Positions 38,040 through 49,399 of a DNA stretch of 64,000 nucleotides are shown here, one piece after another. Each line of letters opens with the position of its first letter. Position 1 is the first letter of the stretch. The notes below the pieces were generated by a model, which saw nothing but the letters and a program-made list of their open reading frames with translations, searched no databases and was not told the origin of the DNA. The DNA comes from Camelus ferus (lineage: Eukaryota): contig NC_045697.1 in the NCBI RefSeq assembly GCF_009834535.1, positions 70,806,001 through 70,870,000 on the forward strand, read 5' to 3'. The position numbers and the translations under genes were made by a program.

Positions 38040-38970
38040 ATTTTGAAAGAAAATTCCCCAGAAAAAATGTTGCCTCAAAAAGATAAAATTACAACACAAC
38101 CTTTCACCATGATTGGAGAAGCAATTACAGCTGTGAAGGAAATACAAGGACTTAGGAAGGTAAGAGACAAGAGGATAAGAGAAGTTGGATGTCTAGACAT
38201 ATGTGATAAAGTGAACACTGATAAAATTTGGAAAGAATTATTTTAGAAACAAAATTAAACTACAGGATCACAAGAGATAGTGACACCAAAGAAAGCACAA
38301 TAAGAGATATATATGGGGGGTTACAGTTCAGTGGGAGAGCACATGCTTAGCATACATGAAGTCCTGGGTTCAATCCCCAGTACCTCCATTTAAAAAAAAA
38401 AAAAAGAAGAAAGTGATATATATGAGAAAATAAAATAAACAGAAATAAAGGTATGAAAAAAGAATATGGAAAATACATGAAGAAAATATGATATATAAAA
38501 GAAAAAATATACACAATGTTCACAGAATTGGAACTCCAAAGACAACCAGAACAATGGCAGAGAATGGGTATCTTAAAACGTAGTTCAAGAAAAATTTCTT
38601 ATATAAAAGACTTAGATCTATTTCTTGAAGAGGAAACCATAACCCAGAAGGGATACACTGTAACACAGAATGGTCAATATTGAGACAAAACTTGAAAAAA
38701 ATTATCTAAAAATTTTAAAGATAAAGAATCTTTGTGCAGCAGGGAACAGGTGGGTTTTAAGTGAAAAACAATCAAACTGATATCAGACTTCACTACCAGA
38801 AGACAGTGAAGAAAAACTTACAAGGAAAGAAAGTATGAGTCAAGCTTTTTATACCTAGTCAGACTGTCCTTCAAGTATAAAGCTATAGACAAACATTATT
38901 TTTTCAGACGTATCTGCATGAACTCAAGGAACATCTTCACACAAGCCTCTCAAGAATACTAGTGAGAGAT
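38040..38970 (+). mobile_element. Old L1 ORF1-region fragment
   Basis: A-rich; caatcaaactgatatcagacttc, ttttatacctagtcagactgtccttcaagtataaag. Confidence 0.6.
38316..38410 (+). mobile_element. Camelid tRNA-derived SINE (short vic-1 type)
   Basis: ggggttacagttcagtgggagagcacatgcttagcatacatgaagtcctgggttcaatccccagtacctcc plus poly(A); TSD aagagatatatatg (38302-38315) / aagtgatatatatg (38411-38424). Confidence 0.85.
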
Positions 38971-39394
38971 AAAATCCAACTAACTACAATACGATAGGAA
39001 AATAGCAGAAAAAGGATAGGTGTATACTTAAGATACATTTAAAAAGAATAAAAGGGAGAAAAAGTGGTGCAAAGTGTAAGTTGACTAAGCTCACCATTGC
39101 TTTTCTCAGAAAAGTTAAAAATTAAGTTATGTTATTTATGATTGTCAAATCACATAAATCTTAAGCATTTGCCTCTGATTGTCTATCCTCATAAACTCTA
39201 TTGGTTCTGTGGGAGGATGGAGTGAACTGCAGATTGTTACGCAGGGCTTGATCTGTAGATCAGAACTAAACAAAACAAGCAATAAAATGGAGACAGGACA
39301 TGTATCAGAAATGGCACAATATGTAATTTATTGAATCTAACTTAAGCTTTATTGGTCCTCCAATAACTGGCTTCCTAATCTTATTTCTTCCCCT

Positions 39395-39500
39395 ATGCTC
39401 TCTTTTTTCTCTTTTTCTGTATCTTTCCCTCTCCTCCTTCGCTTCCCTCCTTCCTTCCCTTCCCTCCCTCCTTCCCTTCTTTTCTCCTCTCTCTCTCATT
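39395..39500. repeat. CT-rich low-complexity tract
   Basis: (CCTT/CCCT/CT)n runs. Confidence 0.85.
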
Positions 39501-40352
39501 TCTACACAGACCACTGAAGATTGACACTATGTACATCAGCCTGAGAATATTTCAAATAAAATGGCACTTTGGCTGCATGTGGTGGTCTAGGAAGGTAATG
39601 CAATCTTCCAAATGATCACAGCAAAAACTGGCAAATAGGAAGGGAATGTATTAGAATAGCTCACAGAATCATAATTAAAGTAAAGAACCATGCTATGGAG
39701 GGACAAAAAATCAGCTCTGGGGAGTCTAGGTAGCAGAAACTGATGAACAGCCTTTTCAAATGCTACCCTTGCAGAGAATGAACTCTAACTTTCTGAAGCA
39801 TTTTTGAGGCTTTGCTTAAAAGTAGAATCCCAAGAAACTGCATGGATCACATGTTTTAATGCTTGATGGTATCCAGCAGGTAAAATATAGTGGGCTCACG
39901 TGGAAGAAACTTAACCAGGAAGAGGGAGAATAAATGCTGAGTGATCAAAGCAGAGACTTCCACTAGAAATGGCATGATCTTTGTGCCTACACTGGTAGGT
40001 TGGAAGAAAGGGACCAGAACAATTCACTCAAATCTCAGAGATGTTAGCAAAGTTAAGAAACAGAGAAGCATTGAAGAAGACTCAAGAATCAGAAGCAGTC
40101 TATGGGAGCTCTTCCTGCTCATCTCCTCCTCCAGTTCACCATCTTTTCCCAGACTCCTCCACCTCACCAAACTTATTCTGTACTCTTTCTTGTTTGTATC
40201 TTTCTGTGGCCTGGCATGGCTCCTGCCAAAGACACAAAACTTTTCCAGGTGTTTTCACCTCTCTGGAATTCCAAGACAGCTTTTTTAAGAGAATGTGCCT
40301 GAAGTTTCCCATTTTCTCCAAGGCACAAATTGAATTAGTAGTAGATGCCTAC

Positions 40353-40729
40353 CACAATCATCCCTGTACCCCTCTATGGTCCCTGTGCCCACTTGGTTGA
40401 AGGGTGCCTTGGGGCTTTCAGACTTTCAGCTCAAAGGGCTGGTCTAAGCTTGTGAAAAAGTATTCTATCTCCTTAAGTCAGGTCTGTTCTGAAGAACCAC
40501 TAGTAGTTGGGAAGATACTGCCAAACCCAGAAACAGTTTCTCCAAAGCCAATGAGTTGCCAAAAGTTTTTTCGTCAGTTTTGCAATTCTGTACAAAGTTT
40601 TATTTTCTGATTTGATATTGTAAAGATTTCATCTGCCTTCACTTTGGGGCAGTTTGGAATGCAGTGGGAAAAATGTAGGGAGTAATCAAATCTTTCTAAG
40701 GTGGATTTTTATTTTTGCTATGGCACCAT
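40353..40729 (-). pseudogene. Larger exon remnant (DGAIAKIKIHLRKI*LLPTFFPLHSKLPQSEGR*NLYNIKSENKTLYRIAKLTKK...), 3' end uncertain
   Basis: Strong acceptor gttttgtttttaattgcag; phase-1 entry matches the previous exon; several stops and a probable frameshift. Donor GTG|GTAGGC is tentative. Confidence 0.45.
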
Positions 40730-40932
40730 CTGCAATTAAAAACAAAACGAAAACAACAAAAACATGAGAGTCACTGCATAAGCCATCTGCTACTGAAGGT
40801 CTTTGGCTATTTCTTTCCATACCTACTGCCAAGGGAGGTCCCCAAGACATTATAATTCCAAGTTCAGTATTCCAAATCCCAGCCTTTTAAATAACAGCTA
40901 AACAGTAGCAGTGGAAACACAATAACAGATAC

Positions 40933-41028
40933 CTGTCATTTTTGTACGCTTGAATATTTTTATGTTCATAAGAAGTTCATCTTGAGATAAACATGAAGAT
41001 GAAAAAGCAGAGTGGCATTTTAATCATT
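40933..41028 (-). pseudogene. Exon remnant, 96 nt (*LKCHSAFSSSCLSQDELLMNIKIFKRTKMT)
   Basis: tctttttcctgcttaag acceptor, CAG|GTATCT donor; symmetric phase 1-1; joins the next segment in frame (..KMT-DGAIAKIK..). Confidence 0.55.
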
Positions 41029-41268
41029 CTTAAGCAGGAAAAAGATAAGTATTTTTTGGCACGGAAACTTTCTACTTTTAGTAAGAGAAGAGTGAGAGCA
41101 GGCAGAGTACACTGTCAGTTCCACCAGGTTGAACTCATTGTTGAAACCAAACAAAAATAGCCTCTCACAGTTCCCATTGTTCTGCAGCTGCTGGCTTCAG
41201 AACGCTCGCTGTCTCCTTCCTTGTGACTAATCATCATGGTTGCCCAGTTTCCTTTCTTGATTTCCTAC

Positions 41269-41461
41269 CAGAAGTTGTGATGTGTCATAGGAAGAGAGGG
41301 CAACCCTCCCAGCGTTTCTTTCCAGGCCTTTTGAATACGTCCATCCTGGAGCACTTGTCCTTTTCTTCAAATCCCTGAATTTCTTGGCCTGCCTGGACTT
41401 AGAGGCTGTGTTTGTGAGCATGCATGCTTTAGTCATTTGATAAGGGAGCAGAAGTGGCTTC
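41269..41461 (-). pseudogene. Open exon, 193 nt (KPLLLPYQMTKACMLTNTASKSRQAKKFRDLKKRTSAPGWTYSKGLERNAGRVALSSYDTSQLL)
   Basis: ttctttaaaacag acceptor, CTG|GTAGGA donor; 64 open codons. Its exit phase differs by 1 nt from the best frame of the next exon (possible frameshift). Confidence 0.5.
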
Positions 41462-42842
41462 CTGTTTTAAAGAAGCCAAAAGATGTGAGTCTGGATGTGG
41501 GCATGAGTCTTAGGCCTAATGTATTTTCCTTTCGAAGGATCTTACTCTACATCTGTCAGCTTTATTGAAAAAGTTCTAAATTGCTAAAAGTTTAATCTGA
41601 TTTCTGAGTTTAGCAATTACTAAAAGGGCTATACCATATATATTAATAGAATCCCCCCCCCTTTTTTCAGTTGAAAGTCAAACTTGTAACAACTCTAACT
41701 CTTTAGAACATAGAAATGAACTTCAAAATTAAGGGAAAAGACCACTAGCATAGTGCAATAACTCTATGCACTAAGACCCAAACACTGTTCACACAGAAAA
41801 GTTTTAAAACTTAAAACACTGCCTGGCATATATTAAATACTATGTAAGCATTTGTGTTTATTATCCATAACTTACTGGCTGTTTTTACATATAAATCTAA
41901 GCAAATGTTTCTCAGGAAATAAAAAGATTACCAAAAGTATTTTTGAATGATGGCAAAAGATAACAACAAAATGAGAATGTTGTGAAAATCTATGCCTGAC
42001 ATCTAGCTATAATAATGATACGGAAAGTTAAAAACACAATTGCAGTAGTTGGACCATTTAAACTGCCAAAGGATCTGAAATACATGAGGCCACCCTTTAG
42101 AGACACCAACCTAAAAGTGAACCCCTTAAGCCATCAAGGAAAATCCAATTAGTTTTTTCTATTCTAAGAATGCAGTGCAAGGTAATATTTTTTAAAAGAT
42201 AAAGTTTAAAAGGGGTAGACTGAAGCACTGCATAGATTTTTATCAACCATATTGGAAAATCTACCTAAATAGGGCAGCTCACTCAACAACACGTTAGTTA
42301 TTAACGAGGCCTTGCTAAATACACTGATGCTGTCAACTTGGAAGATATTCCATCACAGAGTCTAATGCCATCTATGGGCATGGCTTAAAGCCTGATGTGA
42401 ATCCCACAGTCCTCTCCCCATGCTCGACCACGTTTGGGTCTCTTTAGGAAAGAGCTGTCTGATTGTCAGGATGCCTCCAGTCTGCCTTTCAGAAGAACGC
42501 AGCTTTTTTGCTCAGAATGAGTCATCACAATCTATTTGCAACCACCTAATTGGTGTGTATGCTGGCATTGGTTCCCCATGATCGGCCGAGGCCTCGCTCA
42601 GACCTATGATTCACAGGATCCTTCAGTTATGTCTCCTGCCCATATGGGTTTGCTACAGGCTCTCTCCAGGTCACCACACATTTTTTCCTCCTCCATCATC
42701 ATGAAAACCACTCGCTGCCACGTGGTACCTCACACGTCCAGTTCGTTTACTTACGCGCCTTTGTTCCAATGTGGCCTGTCTCTGAAGCTCTCTCTCTCCC
42801 TCCATTTTCCCCAACCAGTTACCAGCACATTTGCCTCTAGCT

Positions 42843-43031
42843 CAGTAGTTCTCAACTTGGGCCATTTTTCTCCCCCAGAAAACACGTGGCAGTGTCTCGG
42901 GGAAAGGTACTACCAGCATGTAGTGGATGGGCCCGAGTGCTGCTAAACAGATCACAAGGCACATGCCAGTCCTCTACCACAAAAGATTGCCCAGTCCAAA
43001 ATGCTAATAGGGTCGAGGCTGGGAGACCTGC
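42843..43031. mobile_element. MER20 (hAT-Charlie) nested in L2
   Basis: cagtagttctcaac...cccagtccaaaatgctaatagggtcgaggctgggagacctg. Confidence 0.8.
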
Positions 43032-43639
43032 AATCTCACCAGTCTCCATTATTCAAGTCTCAGTTCAAATCTTACTTCCTCTGAAAACCTGCCTGCCCTG
43101 TACTCCTCCCTGGATACGCAGGGTTAGCTCTCCCTACACTTTTCCCTTTTAGTCCTTGGTACAGTGTTCCTTCTTTGAGGTTTCCAAACTGTAGCAAAAT
43201 TGCCTTTATGTATGTCCTTTTCCCCAACTGGCTGGAAGCTCCTACTGAGCAGGGGGTCCTTTTTCATCCAAGTAGGACCAGCACCCAGACTAGTGTCTGG
43301 CTTGTTGTAAGTTGGGCTTGTTTGTGGGGTTTTTTTTTGGTTTTTTTGTTTTGTTTTTCTCAGTGTCTGACTGATTGAATGAAAAAGGAATAACCTTATT
43401 TTAAGTTTTATGCCTTTGTTTTCCTGCTAATTATCTGGCAGCACTAGAGACATCTTGCTGATCCTCTTGAGAATCTTTAAATATAGAGTAAGTGGTCCTT
43501 ATCTTCTTACATTTCATTATGCCTGTGTTCTTGAGTGTCTCAGCACCTTTGATGATAATCTTTGGATGGTGATAACAGTACATTTAATGCTAACAGTAGC
43601 CCATCTTTTACTGCTAATAATTTGCATATGAATTATTAT

Positions 43640-44102
43640 TATTTTTTATTGAAGTACAGCCAGTTCAATGTTGTGCTAATTTCTGGTATACAGCATAGTG
43701 ATTTGGTTTTTTCATATTCTTTTCCTTTATAGGCCATTATAAGGTACTGAATATAGTTTCCTGTACTATACAGTAGGACCTTGTTGTTTATCTATTATAT
43801 ATATAGTAGTTAGTATCCGTAAATTCCAAACTCCCAATTTATCTCTCTACCCTCCACTTTCCCCTAGTAACCATAAGTTTGTTTTCTATGTCTGTGAGTC
43901 TGTTTCTGTTTTGTAAATAAGCTCATTTGTGTCATTCTTTTATATTCCACATCTAAGTGGTATCATATGGTATTTTTCTTTCTCTTTCTGGCTTTCTTCA
44001 CTTAGTACGACAGTCTCCAGCTCCAACCATGCTGCTGCAAATGGCATTATTTCATTCTTTTTCATGGCTGAGTAGTATTCCATTATATACATATATACCA
44101 CA
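43640..44102 (-). mobile_element. Cetartiodactyl/camelid L1 3' end
   Basis: ttttttattgaagtacag..atacagtaggaccttgttgtttatc..gctgctgcaaatggcattatttcattc. Confidence 0.8.
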
Positions 44103-44124
44103 TGCAACACAATTATTTTCTATT

Positions 44125-44360
44125 TAAGAGGACAGTCACTGAAGTCACATTGCCTGTGTTCAAATCTGGGATCTGCCACCTACCACCTATGTGACCTTGA
44201 ACAAATTATTTAAAATCTCTGTGCCTCTATTTTCTATATGAAAAACAGGAAGTGATTATAGTGCAAAACTTGTAAATGTATGATGATTAACTGAGTTAAT
44301 ATTTTTTAAATGCTTAGGACAGTACCTGGCATCTAACAAGTACTATATAAGTGGTTGTTC
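44125..44360 (+). mobile_element. MIR
   Basis: gttcaaatctgggatctgccacctacc..tgtgaccttgaacaaattatttaa..ctctgtgcctc. Confidence 0.8.
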
Positions 44361-46320
44361 AACATGACTGGAAGGACAATCTGGTATCAACCCCCCATTG
44401 CATGCCATGAATGCAGCAAGTGAGGTAAAATACACCTCACTGTAACATGTTACTCTGCTCTATTACATTCCTGAAGAGAAATGAATGGAACCATGTTAAA
44501 AGACAGGAACATTCACAATTCGTCCACTCTATGTCCTGGTCAGACCAAAATAACCCTCCAGAACTCATCAAGGTTTTTTGTGGGCAGGTGATGGAGTGTC
44601 TTATCATCTTGGCACAGATACAAAAACCACTGATCATCCATGGTTGCCACTACTGTTGCATTCTAATCTTTCTTCTTCAAACAGTGGCATTTTAATCATT
44701 CTGCCCATAGCAACTAATGTCATTTAAATTAGCATTAAAAATTCATTCTTTTGGTTTATCCTTCCTGAATCAAGCTAATTAACTATCAGCTGAGAGCCCT
44801 TTAAATTATAATCTGAGTATGTTACATTTTCTAATTTATAATGCCTCATCTAGGCAAATTGAAAACTCAAAAAGGAGTGAATTAATTAATGTTAATTAAA
44901 GAGTACAGCATGGAATGGATGCCAGGTCAATCTTTGGAGAGTGCATGGAAAGTCACTGTTGGGACTAAACTAACCCTTTGAAGCATATAGGTCTAACAAA
45001 GGACTTTGCTATGATGGCTTTGCAGAGAGTGGGAAAAGGAAGCCAGAGATAAGACTAGAAGCAGACCTGAAAACAGATAGCATATACCTGTACAATACAT
45101 ATATTATATATGTAATATTACATGTTCTCAGTAATAAGAAACCATATAACTAAATCAGCCTCTGATGTTTTTTACATTTTTCTAAAAATTTCCTTTTATA
45201 TTTTTAATTAGCAAATATTTTCTGAATGCCTCCGACATACAAGGTTTCATTATATTCATCAAAAATGAATTTCAGATCTGATTATCTTTTTTGTTGAGCC
45301 ATTAAATTATGTCCCTTTATCTACCCCATCTTTTTGTGCTTGCCTTGAACAATACCACTATTGCCACCTATAGGTCAAAATGCCTTTCTTTTCTTTTTTT
45401 TTTTTTTTTTTTTTTTTTTTCGGTTTGTTTCTCAAGACCAGGAGAAAGAAGAACTGAAAACCCTTGGAGCCTGGATCATTCTGGATAACTGAGTTGACAG
45501 CTTCTTAGGATCCAGGCTTTTACCCACCTTTTTCCTTTTTTAAAAAATTAGTTTTGGACATAAAACTTTTTCAAAAATATTATTTCAGCTACTGCATTGA
45601 AAATAATTAACATTTTTTGGTGACTAAGGTTTATCATCAGTATGAATTATTTTACTTGCTTATTTGGCCCTAGGAAAACCCATCCCAGACTACTGCATTT
45701 TTTGGCATTTCACATTCAGTCACTTGTCTGGACCACTCATTCACTTTTCACTGCTCTCAATATGTATTCCTCTTTGGCAACGTGCACTCTTTCATATGTT
45801 GCTCCTAGTTCTGTAACTAAAAACCAAACAACTACCCTAGTTAGTGTTGTTTGCAAAATAAGGGTAATTTGGAAGTGAGTTAGCAACTAAAGAATTCATA
45901 AATGTTATTTTAGGGGTTCTGTGACTCTACTTTTGTCTCCTTAGGTAAATTTTTGTAACTTGTTTCCTGATGCACAACTGTATTCCTAATAGGTGAGATT
46001 ACCGAGTAAGAGTTCTGGAGAGGTGGCTCATTAATTCTATTTCTAAGACATTATCTCTAAGACTTCTCCCATTATTTAACTTTATGTCCATGTGTGATCA
46101 TTCTTTATACTTTAATTAAAAAATTTTTATGTTATTAAAAATACTTGAAAACCTGTTATCGTCCCTAAGACTTCCAGTTCCAGTATGCCATGTAACAGTT
46201 ACTAAAAATGTTATATTTTCCTCCAAAAAACCGTAATGTTAATGAATTTTAATCAACCAGGTAGCATACAAAACATTATTTAATAATTTTTAATTCATTG
46301 TCCTCATAGATAAGTCATAC

Positions 46321-46501
46321 CTGGCAATCTTTTAAAAACTAAATCACTGTCAAACTTTAAACTTGGAAGTACCATGTTCAGGTGGTTTGTGTAAAGCCTT
46401 GGACAATACTTCAGCACTTCAGAGAAATTTGAAGTCGACTTTATAATCTGTTTTCTACTATAGACTTCAACATTCATCAACAGCAATGTAACATAACTTT
46501 T
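46321..46501 (-). pseudogene. Open exon, 181 nt (KSYVTLLLMNVEVYSRKQIIKSTSNFSEVLKYCPRLYTNHLNMVLPSLKFDSDLVFKRLP)
   Basis: Strong acceptor ctctttttttcccccag and donor CAG|GTATGA; 60 uninterrupted codons in phase 0-1; coincides with ORF 46304..46486. Confidence 0.7.
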
Positions 46502-46959
46502 CTGGGGGAAAAAAAGAGCTCCAGTTAGACATACATGATCTTTAATTTGGAAAAGTTGCTCATTGTATTTCTATATTAAATATCTGATCTTTATTATTTT
46601 TGAAATGAATATTAGATAAGCAACCCACAAATAAAGAGAAATTAGTTAAAATAAAGAGGTGCTCAGAAAGTATCTCATCTAGTCCATCTTGAAAAGACCA
46701 CTAGACAAACAGTGCTGCTCTATATACTCTGTGAAGAAAAAAATCCCAGAGTATTAGGGAAATACCTCATATTATAACTCCTTCTAAGATATTCAAAATT
46801 CACTTTATAGTATTAAATACTAATAATCACACAATGAAGAAATATATGCCACTTTGACTTAAATTTCCCAAGTTTATTGGACCTTGGAATCCTTTCCTCT
46901 CCAAATGCCTTTTAACATCCTACTGAACCACTATATTGGGGCACATATTCTGGTCACCA

Positions 46960-47352
46960 CTGGGCTGCTCGCACATATTTGCTTCTCCCCTCTTTCGAGG
47001 CCATGATAGGTTTGCACTTTTTCTCTCAAAGTTTGAAATTACAAAATCACCTGTATTTGTTCAGATAAATGTAGCAGTCACGATGTGTGTCAGTTCTGGG
47101 CAGAGCTATAAGGGCCACTGTGCAATCTGCCACATTCCCCTTTCCTTTTCCTGCAAAAGGAAACTAAATGTATTTTGTCAAGGTGGAACGTGGGCCAGCC
47201 TGGGTCAAGAATGACTATAAGCCCCCTGTTACCTACTGGAGGTGAAGAGTAGAGCAAGGATTAATCTTTTGTTGGGTTTTAAGCCTCTGAGGTCTGAGGG
47301 ACCTGAGGGCTATTTGTTATGGCTGCATAACTTAGCTTATTCTGAATGATAC
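46960..47352 (+). mobile_element. Old MLT1 LTR
   Basis: ttttaagcctctgagg..tttgttatggctgcataacttagcttattctgaatgatac. Confidence 0.6.
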
Positions 47353-48065
47353 TCTGGACTGTTCAGCAAAAAACTCTGAAGTATCAAAAGATTTATGATT
47401 CCCAAGATGAATCATAGCTCCAGAAATAAATTTTAATGAAGTTCTATAGCAGTTTTGGCTTCTCTAAAAATCTTAGATATTTCACTAAAGGAAAGTGGAC
47501 ACATTAAGAATGTTCACTTGGTGAAATTATGATCTAACCAGAGGACCACAGTTCATGGTTGGAATGCAATCTCTGAAACTGTTGCAGGTACACAACTACA
47601 ACAGAGTTTAGTAATTATCTACTCTCTTGGCTCACCTCCCCAATAGCATTTTTTTCTGCACACTATTTCCACCAAAGCAATTTCATATTGTTCCTACTAC
47701 TCTCATAGGATTAAAAATAATAATAATAAAAAATTTCTACAGTATGAGTCAACCTATGAACTTGATGAAAAGGCTGACTTAACGTTGTTATTGTTTTTCC
47801 TGAAATAGCTTTCCCCATTTGTTTTCTGGACAATAATAAAAAATACTAAATCTAAAAAAAAATTTTGGTGCTCCAATCCCAAAGGGGAATTCAAATTTCT
47901 CTATTGAATAAACTAGAAGTAAAAGGACTTTTAAGATTATAGACTGAAGAAGGGACAATTGATGTTATTTGTGAGGACATAAAACAGCTACTTTTTCCTG
48001 CTAGGAATCAGGTTTCTAAATAAAGAAAACTTCGTAACATCAGTTTGCTTACGTTTGGTACTGAC

Positions 48066-48188
48066 CTTTTCTAAAACCATTAGGAGAAAACTCAACATGA
48101 AATAATCTTTCAGTTGTCAAAAACACACATCTGTGGACTTTCTAAGCCACCCTAGTCTTTAGTGCTTGTACTTTTTTCCCTCAGAAAC
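48066..48188 (-). pseudogene. Exon remnant, 123 nt (VSEGKKYKH*RLGWLRKSTDVCF*QLKDYFMLSFLLMVLEK)
   Basis: tttagtttttgcag acceptor and AAG|GTCAGT donor (alternative AAC|GTAAGC, exon end 48053); phase 0-0; two stops. Confidence 0.45.
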
Positions 48189-48449
48189 CTGCAAAAACTA
48201 AACCACTGACATAGTTTAGATCTAACTAAAAATAATAAAAGCTTATTTTCTGCTAAAGTAGTAACATGTTCCCTTGATTTGTTCAGCTTCTCAGTAGAAG
48301 CATTAATTCCTTAATCTTTTAGAATTTCCTCATTCCTTCATTTAATCATCACTGACTAGTGAGTGTCCACTATGGACTAGCCATTGAACATCACAAAAAA
48401 AAGTAGTCAACACATCTTCTCTGCCCTTAAAGCAATTCAGAATCTTGAA

Positions 48450-48690
48450 CTATACTTTCCAATACAGTAACCACTAAATGTATAATTGTTTAAATTAATT
48501 AAAATAAAAATTTAACTAGTCACATGAAAACCTATTTTAAGCGTTCAGTAATCACATGTGGTTAGTGGTTACCACATTGGACATTGCAGGTGTAAAACAT
48601 TTCCATCATCACACAAGGTTCGATGGAACAGTGTGGATGTAGAACATTAGCATCATCGTAGAAAGTTTTACTAGATAGCAGAGGCGCTAG
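48450..48690. mobile_element. MER3 nested in L2
   Basis: cacatgtggttagtggttaccacattggaca..aacatttccatcatc. Confidence 0.7.
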
Positions 48691-49399
48691 ATAATAAAAC
48701 TGACATGTTTGTAAATAACAATAGAGTTATGACAGTCTTAAGTAAGGAGACTACAGTGTCAGTGATATACAACTTTGCTTGGTGAAATTAGAGGAATATA
48801 AAGAAGATTAAGCAGAAGATAGCCAGGAGGGAAAGGATGTTCACTCGAGATAGATTATGTCAACATGTGCCAAGGCTCGGGTGCTTGACATAATGCGTAT
48901 TTTGGAACAAGGAGGAAACAGTATCACTAGAATGGAGCATGGATTCAAGGGTGTGGTATGAGACGAAGCTGTAAGCCTTATCTGGGGTCAGACTTGAAGG
49001 GTTTGTGGGCCATATTAAAAGTTATTAACCTGAATATCAAGGAAAGCCAAAACATATCTTAATCAGAGCTGTAACATGGTCATACACTTTTTAGAAATAA
49101 AATTCAAAATCTGCTAATGATAGATTAGTAAACAAAGGCAAACTTCTGAATCAAATATATGGGAATGACAGAAAAGAGAAGACCAAATAAAACCAAAACA
49201 AAATGTTGGATTTTTAAAGACTATATATAATTTTGTGAATTAAAACAGAAAAAACAGAAAAAAAATCAGAAAGCATGGCTGAAACCATTGGTTTATAAGG
49301 CGTCATATTCATAAGTGCTCTAAATCAGATAAGGACCAGACCTAGATTTACTTCTTGAAACTCAGACTGGTAAAACAAATCATACCATCTCTTGCATAT

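Noticed and set aside
38316..38390. tRNA gene call for the tRNA-like sequences here and at about 20030-20105
   Set aside because: A-rich tails and TSDs show they are SINEs.
42340..42400. ITESNAI resemblance to the GST-mu ITQSNAIL motif
   Set aside because: Only about 7 residues and no flanking similarity.
42536..43152. Longest ORFs (136 aa and overlapping)
   Set aside because: They run through L2 and MER20 sequence.
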